From: a virus
Reading direction: 5' to 3' (one strand)
Length of the DNA: 39,044 nucleotides
IMG/VR virus record: IMGVR_UViG_3300045988_154294
Below are positions 8,092 to 18,118 of this stretch, piece by piece. How positions within the stretch are numbered: position 1 is the stretch's first letter; each line of letters begins with the position of its first letter. The notes beneath the pieces are model-generated. The model was not told the origin of the DNA, searched no databases, and worked only from the letters and a program-made list of their open reading frames with translations. The position numbers and the translations under genes were made by a program.

Positions 8092-10422
8092 ATGGGAAGA
8101 ATAGCACAGGTAGTAAAAAATATAATCAGTGGTATCTCACAACAGCCGCCAATCATGAGACACATGGAACAACTTCAGGAACAAATCAATGGTTTTTCTA
8201 CTGAAGCTGATGGTCTCCAGAAAAGACCGCCAACGGTACACGTTGCGGAACTCTCTTTGTCTACTTCAATTAGACCAAAAATTCACGTTGTAAACCGTGA
8301 TGAAAACGAACAGTACATCATGGCATTCGATGGGTCTACTGTTAAAATATGGGACGTTAAGGGGAACGCTAAGCCAGTTACCATTGAACACTCTGAGTAT
8401 TTAAAGACAAGTAATCCTCTAAGAGATATTAAAGTAATTACCATGGCTGACCATACGTTCATCGTAAATAAGAACACTACAGTAGCTATGAATACATCGG
8501 CTAAAACTGAAGAAGGGCGGGCAGATGGTGCTACAGTATACGTTAAGAGTGGTCAATATGGACGAAAATATGAAGTCATCGTTGATGGTAGTACCGTGGC
8601 AAGTTATGAGACACCAAACGGTTCAGACCCAAGCCATACTACACAAATCGGCACGAACAACATTGCACAACAATTAGTTAATCAAATGCGTGATAAGGGG
8701 TATGACATTTATCATATCGGTGGTGAAAGTTGGTTTATTGTCTGGAAAATGACTAATAGAAACATTCGTGTTCGTGATGGCTTCAACAGTCAAGCCATTA
8801 GTGCATTCAAGCATGACGTACAGAAATATACCGATTTACCAAGGACACACAGAGATGGCTACATTGTACGAGTGTATGGTGAATCTAATGGGGACGATGA
8901 TTATTACTTAAGGTATAACGAAAAGTCACTCTTATGGGAAGAATGCCCCGCTCCTAATATTCTCTATAAGTTTAACTATGGAACATTACCACATAGGCTA
9001 ATTAGACAAGCTAATGGAACATTCAAGTTTACAACTATTGAGTGGGCGAACAGAGAAGCAGGGGACAACGATAGCAACCCAGAGCCTTCCTTTGTTGGTA
9101 GAAAAATTAGTGACATCTTTAGTTATCGCAACCGTTTGGGACTTATTGCAGGGGAATCCGTTTGTCTTTCTAAAAGTGGAGACTATTGGAACTTTTGGGT
9201 AGACAGTGCAACCACAATCGTTGATACAGACCCTATTGATGTAAACGTCTCTCACAACAGAATATCAGAGTTATTCAGTGCAGTACCTTTTAATCAAGAC
9301 CTATATTTGTTCAGTAGACAAACCCAGTTTATTTTAACTGCTGATGGTGCATTGTCTCCAAAAAATGTTCAACTTAAGCAGGTAACAGAATTTGAGAATG
9401 ACACCAACATTAAACCTATAGGCGTAGGGAGAAACCTTTACTTTTCGTCTAAACGGTCTAACTTTGCAAGCATTTTGGAATACTATGCGGTCTATGATGG
9501 AAACAACAGTAAAGACAGCAATAACATCACGTCACACATTCCAAATTACATTCCTAATAATATGTATGGTCTCATTGCATGTGAAAATGAACATCTCATT
9601 ATGGCTCTCACTGAGGGGGCTAAAGATAGCCTATTCGTATACAAGTATTTGTACGCTCAGGAACAAAAGATACAATCAAGTTGGTCTAAGTGGGTATTCT
9701 CAGGTGAAATCATTGGAGCTGACTTCATTGGTAGTACCCTCTATATTGTCATTAAGAGAAGCGGCAGGGTTTACCTTGAAAAACTCATGATTAACTTTAA
9801 TACGAAAGACTTTGAGAGTGAACCATATCGGTTACTCATTGACCGTAAATCAATTGTTACCCTTAACGGCACATTTGATAACTACAACATGACCTACACA
9901 TGGAACGCTAAAGACTACTTCAAAGACACAAAGGCACAGACGTATTTCTTAGTGTTGCCTGATGGTAGAACCTTTGAAAGTGATGAAAATGGTGTCTTTT
10001 TGTGTAAAACTCAAGAGACCCTCACAGGGGTCAAAGCGATTGTAGGAACAGCCTACACAATGCAAATTGAGTTAACTACACTGTATATCAAACAGGCTGA
10101 CCAAGGTGGTACTACATTTATGCAAAACTATAGACTGGTCTTGCAGGAAATCGAATTCCAATATTCTGACAGTGGTGAGTTTACCGTATGTGTTGACTAT
10201 GTAGGGAAGCCGTCACGCATAGCTAAGTTTACAGGGCGTATCTTAGGGCATGAAGAAAACATCATTGGTCTTCACCCTCTTGTAACAGGGGCGTTCCGTG
10301 TACCATTGCACAACAAGAACACAGACACCAGAATCATAATTAAGAACAGTAGCCCATTACCAAGTAGTTTTGTAGGCTACACATGGAGAGGAAATGTTAC
10401 CTATCGTTCAAGACAAATTTAG
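8092..10422 (+). CDS. Tail tubular protein B, gp12-like
   Basis: 776 aa. GISQQP, GLQKRPP, VNRDENEQY, GQYGR, NPEPSFVG, FSYRNRLG, ITSHIPNYIPN and FVYKYLY are all shared with T7 gp12. Confidence 0.9.
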   Translation: MGRIAQVVKNIISGISQQPPIMRHMEQLQEQINGFSTEADGLQKRPPTVHVAELSLSTSIRPKIHVVNRDENEQYIMAFDGSTVKIWDVKGNAKPVTIEHSEYLKTSNPLRDIKVITMADHTFIVNKNTTVAMNTSAKTEEGRADGATVYVKSGQYGRKYEVIVDGSTVASYETPNGSDPSHTTQIGTNNIAQQLVNQMRDKGYDIYHIGGESWFIVWKMTNRNIRVRDGFNSQAISAFKHDVQKYTDLPRTHRDGYIVRVYGESNGDDDYYLRYNEKSLLWEECPAPNILYKFNYGTLPHRLIRQANGTFKFTTIEWANREAGDNDSNPEPSFVGRKISDIFSYRNRLGLIAGESVCLSKSGDYWNFWVDSATTIVDTDPIDVNVSHNRISELFSAVPFNQDLYLFSRQTQFILTADGALSPKNVQLKQVTEFENDTNIKPIGVGRNLYFSSKRSNFASILEYYAVYDGNNSKDSNNITSHIPNYIPNNMYGLIACENEHLIMALTEGAKDSLFVYKYLYAQEQKIQSSWSKWVFSGEIIGADFIGSTLYIVIKRSGRVYLEKLMINFNTKDFESEPYRLLIDRKSIVTLNGTFDNYNMTYTWNAKDYFKDTKAQTYFLVLPDGRTFESDENGVFLCKTQETLTGVKAIVGTAYTMQIELTTLYIKQADQGGTTFMQNYRLVLQEIEFQYSDSGEFTVCVDYVGKPSRIAKFTGRILGHEENIIGLHPLVTGAFRVPLHNKNTDTRIIIKNSSPLPSSFVGYTWRGNVTYRSRQI

Positions 10423-10437
10423 AAAGGAGAGTGAGCT

Positions 10438-11223
10438 ATGAGTTGGTTAGGCTTAGGGCTTCAGCTAATTGGCACTTATAACCAGTGGAAGGGTGAACGT
10501 GAACAAGCGAAAGCTCAAGGGAGACAAATGGCAGAGCAAGCTAAAAATGCTATTCTGACCATGAACTATGCGTTCCAGAACTATGAAGAAGAACGGAGAG
10601 ACGCTTTTGAGACTGGTCTAGCGAACCTTGAGAAGTTAGAAATCAATTCTAGTGGTCTCATCGGTAGTGTTGAAAATGCTGTGTCTGAAGAAATGGGCGA
10701 TAGCAAGACTGGCAGGTTACTCAATAGAGCAACTCATGCTGAAAAGTTGAGAACCGCCTTGAGTGAGAAAGATACCTACACTAGAAGAAGCAATGAAATT
10801 GACCTCAATAAAGAACAGCAACTTCAGTACACCAAAAGCTATACAGCAGGTCTTCACCCGCCTAAATTACCGAGCAAGGGTGAGCTACTCTTTAGAATGG
10901 CTAACAATGGGTATCAGTGGTATTCCCAAATGAAGAACATTAAGGCATTTCAGCAAGCTCATTTTGGAACACAGGAGGCAGGAGACACCCGCACACGTTT
11001 TGATAGTAATAACTTGTACAGCACAATGAAGTACCAAGCAGGTGCTTATGATAACCCAACAAGTGCAATGTATTTTGGTACAGGGTACTTTAGACAATAT
11101 AGTTACATGCCGCCAACATCAGGGTGGTTTAGTAGTCGTAGTTACAACTCAGGAAGTTATGCTCAAGACCCTAATAATATGCAGTGGGGGGCAAGTGCAT
11201 ATAGACGTTTTGGCGTACGCTAG
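10438..11223 (+). CDS. Internal virion protein, gp14-like by position
   Basis: 261 aa with no strong motif. Assigned because it lies between tail tube B and the gp15/gp16 homologs. Confidence 0.5.
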   Translation: MSWLGLGLQLIGTYNQWKGEREQAKAQGRQMAEQAKNAILTMNYAFQNYEEERRDAFETGLANLEKLEINSSGLIGSVENAVSEEMGDSKTGRLLNRATHAEKLRTALSEKDTYTRRSNEIDLNKEQQLQYTKSYTAGLHPPKLPSKGELLFRMANNGYQWYSQMKNIKAFQQAHFGTQEAGDTRTRFDSNNLYSTMKYQAGAYDNPTSAMYFGTGYFRQYSYMPPTSGWFSSRSYNSGSYAQDPNNMQWGASAYRRFGVR

Positions 11224-11240
11224 AAAGGAGACAAAAGTAA

Positions 11241-13397
11241 ATGCCAAGTGAAGTTACACAGGCAATAGGCACAGCTCAGCAATATATGCCTAACCAAAAG
11301 GTTACTTATGAGAAACGACTGTTAGGCGTACAGCAAAATTGGAACGTCACACCAGTACAAGATGGTACTAGGGAACGAATTGGCAAAACCCTAGAAGCCT
11401 TAGGCGTTTCTATGGGGCAACAAGATTTACAAAATGAGAAGAATCAATTTGAAATCGCTAAGGTAATTGCCCCTCAATACTTTGAGAAGCTATCGGATAA
11501 AGAGAAACAAACTTTGTCTAACGCTCAAATCTTAGCGAACACTGGTGAATACAACTTGATTGACAATCGGTATGCTATTGGTGTGTTAGACCAGTTACGA
11601 GGGAAGTACACTAATGCCCGCTTCAATCAAGAGTATCGTATATGGTCTCAGAATCAGCCACTAGCAGGTAGTCTTGAAGAAGAACAACAGCGTTACCATG
11701 ACTTCATGGAAAAGAGCTTTAATGAATGGTCAGAAGAAAATCCAAACCTGTTTGACAACCAGTATGCTTTTTACAATGGTTACCTTGACGCACAGGCTGA
11801 AAACGTTGTAAATGTGTCTTCAGACTACCTAGACAAAAAGGAAAAGCAGTACCAACAAGACCGCTTTACTACCCTTTTGTCTCAGGCAGATGATATTTTT
11901 AGGGGTCTTCAGTATCGTAAGGATATCACTGATGAAGAACTCAGAGAGCTATTCATGCCATTCATGACACAGGTCAATTTGACACAAGGGAAAGACCCTG
12001 AGTTTGAATATAAGTTACTTCAGGAAATCATGCAGAAAGCTGTTGAACATACTGGAGACCAACGTATTGTTAACTTCTTAGGTGAATTCACTGACTACCG
12101 AGGTAAACCAATTAAGGATACCATCAACCCTAAAGCGTTAACTGAATTGACAACCGCTCAGTCTCAACGAATGATGAACCAACAAGCTGTTGCTGACCAA
12201 AAGGAACTCAATAGTTTTACATCGGCTTCAGCATTGCGTGACTGGCACGAGAAGAATATGGAGACTGACCCAGAGAAAGCCAGACGGCTTGCCCCATTCA
12301 TTGAACCAAGAGCTAAACAATTGGAAGCTGAAGAAAAAGCACTATTAAGTAGACAGGCTAGACAAGTTGGTCTTAAGGGCACGGCAGAGACACGAACTGC
12401 ACTGTACAATCAGATAATTAATAATGTTACATCAGGTAAAGTTGTTGGTGTCCCTCAGTCTGAAAAGGAATTAGAAGCCTTAGGCGGTAATGTATCTGAA
12501 ATGAATGTTGTCATGCTTGCCCGCATTGATGAAATGGTGCAGGCAGGAGATGACGCTTCAGTTGCTACTATGGTAAATACGCCATTAGCACGAAAGGGAC
12601 TTCAAGCCTACTTTAGTCAACACTTAGCAATTGACCTTAATCGTGGCGAGATGACCCCCTCAGTTGCTATGGCGTTAAAACTTGCAGGCAAAAGTGGTAA
12701 ATACATTGAGGAAGCTATTGGCAGTCAATACGCTAATGATGTGACTGTCTTGAAAATGTTAGTGGATACTAACGGCGAACAGGAAGGGTTACAAGTGTAC
12801 CGTGAAAGTAGAAAACGCTTGAATGACCCTGATGAACGCAAACGAATACAAGACAACTTAAAATATGTTGCCATTAATGACCTCTCAGTGTACGACTTGT
12901 ATTATGACGCTGAGACCCCATACAGCTACAACCCTGATAGTCTCCCTTATGATATAACCAATAAAATTAGTAAGTTGTCTGAGAGTTATTATGCTACTGG
13001 TCTTTATAGTGAGGAGCAATCGAAAGACCTTGCACGACTTGCAGTACAACAGCAATATGTAGCTGTGCATGGTATCTTTATACCTGCTACTGACTATCAG
13101 CAGATTGTCAACGGAAACACATCAAGAACTAATCAAGCACTACAGTACATCATGAATTATTACACAAATGAGTACCGATATAAGGCAACATGGAATTCTA
13201 ATGGTAGTCAAATGTATCTAAGTGTTAGCACGCCTGATGGTCTTAAATCCTATGATTTAGACAAAATTATTAATGATGTTAACTATGCTACAGACCAATA
13301 TGCAAAACAAGGAAGTAGCAGTACAAATAACTACAGTCAACAAGAAGTCATAGACGCTATTCAAAACTATGTTGATGGCGTAGACGTAAAAGACTAG
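11241..13397 (+). CDS. Internal virion (core) protein, gp15-like
   Basis: 718 aa, close to the 747 aa of T7 gp15, and immediately upstream of the gp16 homolog. Confidence 0.65.
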   Translation: MPSEVTQAIGTAQQYMPNQKVTYEKRLLGVQQNWNVTPVQDGTRERIGKTLEALGVSMGQQDLQNEKNQFEIAKVIAPQYFEKLSDKEKQTLSNAQILANTGEYNLIDNRYAIGVLDQLRGKYTNARFNQEYRIWSQNQPLAGSLEEEQQRYHDFMEKSFNEWSEENPNLFDNQYAFYNGYLDAQAENVVNVSSDYLDKKEKQYQQDRFTTLLSQADDIFRGLQYRKDITDEELRELFMPFMTQVNLTQGKDPEFEYKLLQEIMQKAVEHTGDQRIVNFLGEFTDYRGKPIKDTINPKALTELTTAQSQRMMNQQAVADQKELNSFTSASALRDWHEKNMETDPEKARRLAPFIEPRAKQLEAEEKALLSRQARQVGLKGTAETRTALYNQIINNVTSGKVVGVPQSEKELEALGGNVSEMNVVMLARIDEMVQAGDDASVATMVNTPLARKGLQAYFSQHLAIDLNRGEMTPSVAMALKLAGKSGKYIEEAIGSQYANDVTVLKMLVDTNGEQEGLQVYRESRKRLNDPDERKRIQDNLKYVAINDLSVYDLYYDAETPYSYNPDSLPYDITNKISKLSESYYATGLYSEEQSKDLARLAVQQQYVAVHGIFIPATDYQQIVNGNTSRTNQALQYIMNYYTNEYRYKATWNSNGSQMYLSVSTPDGLKSYDLDKIINDVNYATDQYAKQGSSSTNNYSQQEVIDAIQNYVDGVDVKD

Positions 13398-13408
13398 AAA
13401 GGAGACAA

Positions 13409-16400
13409 ATGGCACATTGGTTTTTAGAGCGGATACATGACCTTGCAACCGCTGATAAAGGTAAAACCTTTGCTGACTTCCTTTTATGGCAACATAAGGG
13501 GGAATCAACAGATGGTACAAGTAAGGTATTCCTATTAACAAATAACCCTGGTGGTCTAACGCAAGGCATGACACCAAATAAATCAGGGGCAAGACAACCG
13601 CCAAAAGAAGGTGGGGCATACTACAAGGAATATGCAACACCTGAGGAAGCGTATGCGGATATTAAGAGAAGCTTCTATGATTACTACCCTGAGATATATA
13701 ATGCAAAAACCGTTGAAGAATATGCCACAATTTTACATGACAATGGCTACTTCACCACCACTATCCCTAAGTATATCGAGATGTTGTACAACAATAGTGA
13801 TGGCAGTGCAGGGTCATATAGTGGTGGTGGGACTGATGATGAAGACCCAATGACCGTTCTGCAGAATACTAACTTCTATGGTGGTCTTAACCCTATGTAC
13901 TACCTACAGAATGCCCCTATTTCACCCTATGGTTCTCAAGGCTCACTACAGAGAAACAGTGAATACCATGATATCACCAGAGGGGCTAATGAGAACAGTG
14001 GTGGGTGGTGGTCTGACTTTGCGGATAACTTTGCGAACTCATGGCTCAACAATGGCTCAGTTAGCTTAGGTAGAAATTACTTCACTATGGGGGCTAACGA
14101 GATGATGGGGTTCGGCAAGGAAGACCTCATGAATGACCTTGATGACGCTACACTTAAAGAAGCCATGACACGAATAGGGCTTTCTGAAGATGAATATAAG
14201 GCACAATCAGGTAGACGCTATGAAACATTTCAGCAATTAAGACAAGATGCATGGGACAAAAGACAACTACTTCTACTTGCTAAAATGAAGGGTGAAGACT
14301 TTGACCGTGAACAACGAATTGAAAATCGTAGTACAACCGCAATGGGTGTCACTGGTATGGTGGCAGGGACGCTTTTAGACCCACTGAATTTGATACCCGC
14401 TGTTGGTCAAAGTGCAATTGGTCTTAAACTAGTAAGTCGTGCAGGTCTTAGCATGGCAAGTAAACTATTAGCTTCTCCAATGGCTCACATGACTGAAATT
14501 GGGCTGACAAATGGTCTTATCAATGTTGCTGACCAGTATGTTGCCAATAAGTCAGGTTATTGGAATAACAACAATTATGCCATGTCATTCCTCTTAGGGG
14601 CAGGGGCAGGGGCAGGTTTGTCTTTTCTAAGGCGGCACTCATTAGTTGCCCCTTATGTTGAAAAAGGTGAAAACTTGAAGAAGTTTGAAGGGGAAGTCAC
14701 CCAGATGACCAACAAGGCAATTGAAGGGTTCACTGAGACAAAACCGCCTAAAGCCCCTGTGAGGGTAGCTGATGAAATGCAGGCTAATATCCCATCGGTT
14801 AGAGCAGAAGCTCAAAAGGTAACACCATTGAAGGGTCTTCAGCCCCTTGATGATGACCTAATAGAACGTGTTACCCAGAGTGCAATGGCTAGAGACAAAG
14901 TTGTAGATAGTCAACTGGTTAATATTCTTAATGACCGTTATGGTCTTAAAATCAAGGGGGAAATCAATGGTGGTCAGCTCATGAAGTATCTTCACAATGA
15001 ACCTGACGCTATTTACTTGAGACCGCCAAAAGTTGCAAAACTCATGGAAGCCTACCAGTTGGAAACAATAGAAGACCTTGCTAAGCATGCATTGGCGTAC
15101 AAAAAACACCCAAAAACAGGTGTCATTAAAGAATACTTTGAAGACATTGTAGGGGGTAAACTTAAGGGTACTCAATTCATGGAAATTGCAAGACACATCA
15201 AGAATGGTGGTACTTTTAGAGACCTCACAGTTAAACTTGATGATGGTAGTATGTTTGTCAATGGTGCTCACTTATCGGAAGACAACCTGATAACTAAAGC
15301 AGTTGAAAATGACGCTATGTATGCTGACCCTGAGGAATTGACAAAAGAAGCCGCTAAGAATTCCACTGAGTATGACCCATTTAGACTTGAAAAAGAAGGG
15401 CGTGCAGAAAATAATGCAGGTTACATTAGAAGTCAAGATGTTGTAGACAGTGAACAGCAGTTAGGTGGCTCTAAAGTAGTACAGGTAGCAGGGCGTAAAG
15501 CTGAGACAAACAGATGGGTAGGAAATCGTTATGGTGTATTTATCAACTCAGTGTCTACTACCATGAATAAAGTAGGTAAATTGTTTGGTATTGACCCAAG
15601 GTTACGAGAAGCAAACAACACTGGTAATGTAGCGGTGTCTATGCAGAAGAAAATTCTCATGAAGAAATACGAGAAACCTCAAAGCGACTACATGAACGCT
15701 TTTAATAAATGGTGTCTTGAAACAGGTCATGTCAATACAAACAGCAATAGAAGACAATTTAATGAGGAAGTCAATAGAGTATACGATAGTCTCTATAATC
15801 CGTACAATGTAGAAAACTATACATCAACTAGCAAGGCAATTAATGACGCTGTGCAGGCAGTTAAGGACTTTCGAGACTTAGACTTAAGACTTCATAAAAT
15901 CAACGGTACACTTCCTAAAGATTTTGAAGGGGCAGGCGAATTATGGAGACGTATTGATTATGACAAACAGGGGTACTTGAGAACACTCTTTAGCAGTGAT
16001 AAGAAATTCTTTGAATATATGAAAAATGTAGCTAGAGAATCAATTCATTGGGGGGACATTTCAGATAAATTCAAGACAGACTACATCATGAATCTTGATT
16101 TATCAGACAAAGAAATGGACGTAATCATGAAAAGAGCGGGACTTCCTTATGAATTCGTTGAGAAATATGATGGAAATCCTAATCATTATCTCAATAGGGA
16201 AGAACTGGAAGATGTAGTACGAAACTTAATAGCAACAGATGAGAAACTCTTTAGAGATGTTGTATCAGGTCATTGGGCTGACCAAATTACATGCCGTCAA
16301 GATGCCTTAGCGAGTGACCTTCATGCAGGCTCAAACCGTATGGGGTATTACCAAGGGCGTTTACCGATGGACACCACACAGGTCTTTGAATTACCTAATG

Positions 16401-18118
16401 GGTCTTTATTCACCTTTAATGACAGCCTTAGAAATCAAGACCTCAGTACAATCATGGCATATGTTGCGAATCGTTCCAGTGGTACAATGGCACTCAAAAG
16501 AATCGGCATTGATAACCCTGTGACTGACTTAAAGAAAATCTATGAGAGAATCGAGGGTGAATTAGCTGAAGCTGTACAACAAAAGAAAATCAGCATGAAA
16601 GACATGGCAAGAGAACTTGAGGAGACTAAAGACGTATTCCAGAGAACTAGCGGGTCTTTAATATTCCCTGAAGCAGTAAATCCTAATACCGTCCCTGATA
16701 TGATTAAGAGAATACTCTTAGGGGAATCGTATAGACAGAATGGCTTCAATTTTGGTATCAACCAGATAGCTGAAATGATAGGCGGTATTAGTAAAGTAGG
16801 AGTACGAGCATTAACACATTATGTTCCTATTTTACATGACCTATTGCATAACCTTAAGTATTCTAAAGACTTCAGTGCCGCTCAACTTAAAGAATTCAGA
16901 GATAGACACCTAGGGTATGACTTAGCACAACACATATGGTTTAACCCTCAGCTTAAGCGTAGTCTATTTGAGACAGCCGCAGAACAGCAAGGGGCTACTA
17001 TGAAAATCTTAGGTAATGTTCAAAGTGCTGTTGAGTATGGGGGCAAAATAACGTCTACCATTAATCAAATCACACGGTTAACACATTTGAGTGTTGCAGG
17101 TATCAAAGCTGATATTTTACCAGAGATGATGTTATGGGCTAGAGGAGAATTCAAGAGTACATTGCGAAAGGACCTCTTTAGCAACCGTCATCTAGCTGAA
17201 GCAGGTATTACCAATGCAGAGGAATTTAAGAGCATCTTAAGAACACGATTGATGCACTTAGGGGACGAAAAAGACGCACTCTCTAAGGCAATCACTAAGT
17301 GGCAAGACGAGGACATGGCAAGTTACATGAAGTTAGAAGCATTTCTAGACCTATCAAGTCAAAAGGCAATCCTACAGCCTGACCTATGGAACACCTCAAA
17401 GAAAATGAATGGGTGGTGGGGCTTATTCCAAGGTATTGCTTTTCAGTTTAAGAACTTCTCACAGGTAGCCCTTAATGGTCACTTAGGGCGTGTACTCAAC
17501 AGTCGTGAACGTGAAGACGTAACACTTCTTATGACTACAGCTTTAAGTAATGGGGCAGTATGGGCGTTATCAGTATTCTTCAATTCGTATAAGTATTTTG
17601 GGGGCAACGAGGAAAAACGCCAAGCGTACCTTGAAAAGACACTCACACCTGAACGAATGCTTGCTACTGGTCTTTTAAGAAGTAGTGTATTGAGTGGTCT
17701 TTCATTCGCTAATGACGCATGGGAAATGACGAACGGCGGTACTTCTAGTCGTACTACTGTTGACCGTATGCCTGAATCAGACAACTTAGCATACAATGTT
17801 ATTACTCAATTCCCTGCCGTACAGAGTGCTTTTAGAGCATTCAATGGGGCGGCAAGTATGCCTGAAATTATGGCGAACCTTGCGTCTAACAAAGAAGCTG
17901 ATTATGACCCACTTACACGACTATTCCCGATTGACCGTTGGATACCAATTAAAGGCGTTTTGTCTATCATGGCTGATGAAGCTGATATTGAAAAGAAAAG
18001 ACAAAAGGAACACCAAAAGAAACAAGAGGAATATAACAAGAATAAATTAGAGAAACGAAAGGAACGAAATGGACAACAGAACGTACAAGACCAAAGTTTA
18101 CTTGACATGCTCAAATAG
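13409..18118 (+). CDS. Internal virion protein D, gp16-like, with a divergent lysozyme-like N-terminal domain
   Basis: 1569 aa. The C-terminal two thirds align with T7 gp16: IAEMIGGISKVGVRALTHYVPILHDLLHNLKYSKDFSAAQLKEF vs ITEIAGMIVTGNVRALGHGIPILRDTLYKSKPVSAKELKEL, with a basic tail. In the N-terminus, ES-(15 aa)-GGLTQ and EIYNAK have the spacing of the SLT motifs ES...GLMQ and AYNxG. It also resembles the glucosaminidase pattern NNxFGI...YATDPxY. Confidence 0.85.
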   Translation: MAHWFLERIHDLATADKGKTFADFLLWQHKGESTDGTSKVFLLTNNPGGLTQGMTPNKSGARQPPKEGGAYYKEYATPEEAYADIKRSFYDYYPEIYNAKTVEEYATILHDNGYFTTTIPKYIEMLYNNSDGSAGSYSGGGTDDEDPMTVLQNTNFYGGLNPMYYLQNAPISPYGSQGSLQRNSEYHDITRGANENSGGWWSDFADNFANSWLNNGSVSLGRNYFTMGANEMMGFGKEDLMNDLDDATLKEAMTRIGLSEDEYKAQSGRRYETFQQLRQDAWDKRQLLLLAKMKGEDFDREQRIENRSTTAMGVTGMVAGTLLDPLNLIPAVGQSAIGLKLVSRAGLSMASKLLASPMAHMTEIGLTNGLINVADQYVANKSGYWNNNNYAMSFLLGAGAGAGLSFLRRHSLVAPYVEKGENLKKFEGEVTQMTNKAIEGFTETKPPKAPVRVADEMQANIPSVRAEAQKVTPLKGLQPLDDDLIERVTQSAMARDKVVDSQLVNILNDRYGLKIKGEINGGQLMKYLHNEPDAIYLRPPKVAKLMEAYQLETIEDLAKHALAYKKHPKTGVIKEYFEDIVGGKLKGTQFMEIARHIKNGGTFRDLTVKLDDGSMFVNGAHLSEDNLITKAVENDAMYADPEELTKEAAKNSTEYDPFRLEKEGRAENNAGYIRSQDVVDSEQQLGGSKVVQVAGRKAETNRWVGNRYGVFINSVSTTMNKVGKLFGIDPRLREANNTGNVAVSMQKKILMKKYEKPQSDYMNAFNKWCLETGHVNTNSNRRQFNEEVNRVYDSLYNPYNVENYTSTSKAINDAVQAVKDFRDLDLRLHKINGTLPKDFEGAGELWRRIDYDKQGYLRTLFSSDKKFFEYMKNVARESIHWGDISDKFKTDYIMNLDLSDKEMDVIMKRAGLPYEFVEKYDGNPNHYLNREELEDVVRNLIATDEKLFRDVVSGHWADQITCRQDALASDLHAGSNRMGYYQGRLPMDTTQVFELPNGSLFTFNDSLRNQDLSTIMAYVANRSSGTMALKRIGIDNPVTDLKKIYERIEGELAEAVQQKKISMKDMARELEETKDVFQRTSGSLIFPEAVNPNTVPDMIKRILLGESYRQNGFNFGINQIAEMIGGISKVGVRALTHYVPILHDLLHNLKYSKDFSAAQLKEFRDRHLGYDLAQHIWFNPQLKRSLFETAAEQQGATMKILGNVQSAVEYGGKITSTINQITRLTHLSVAGIKADILPEMMLWARGEFKSTLRKDLFSNRHLAEAGITNAEEFKSILRTRLMHLGDEKDALSKAITKWQDEDMASYMKLEAFLDLSSQKAILQPDLWNTSKKMNGWWGLFQGIAFQFKNFSQVALNGHLGRVLNSREREDVTLLMTTALSNGAVWALSVFFNSYKYFGGNEEKRQAYLEKTLTPERMLATGLLRSSVLSGLSFANDAWEMTNGGTSSRTTVDRMPESDNLAYNVITQFPAVQSAFRAFNGAASMPEIMANLASNKEADYDPLTRLFPIDRWIPIKGVLSIMADEADIEKKRQKEHQKKQEEYNKNKLEKRKERNGQQNVQDQSLLDMLK

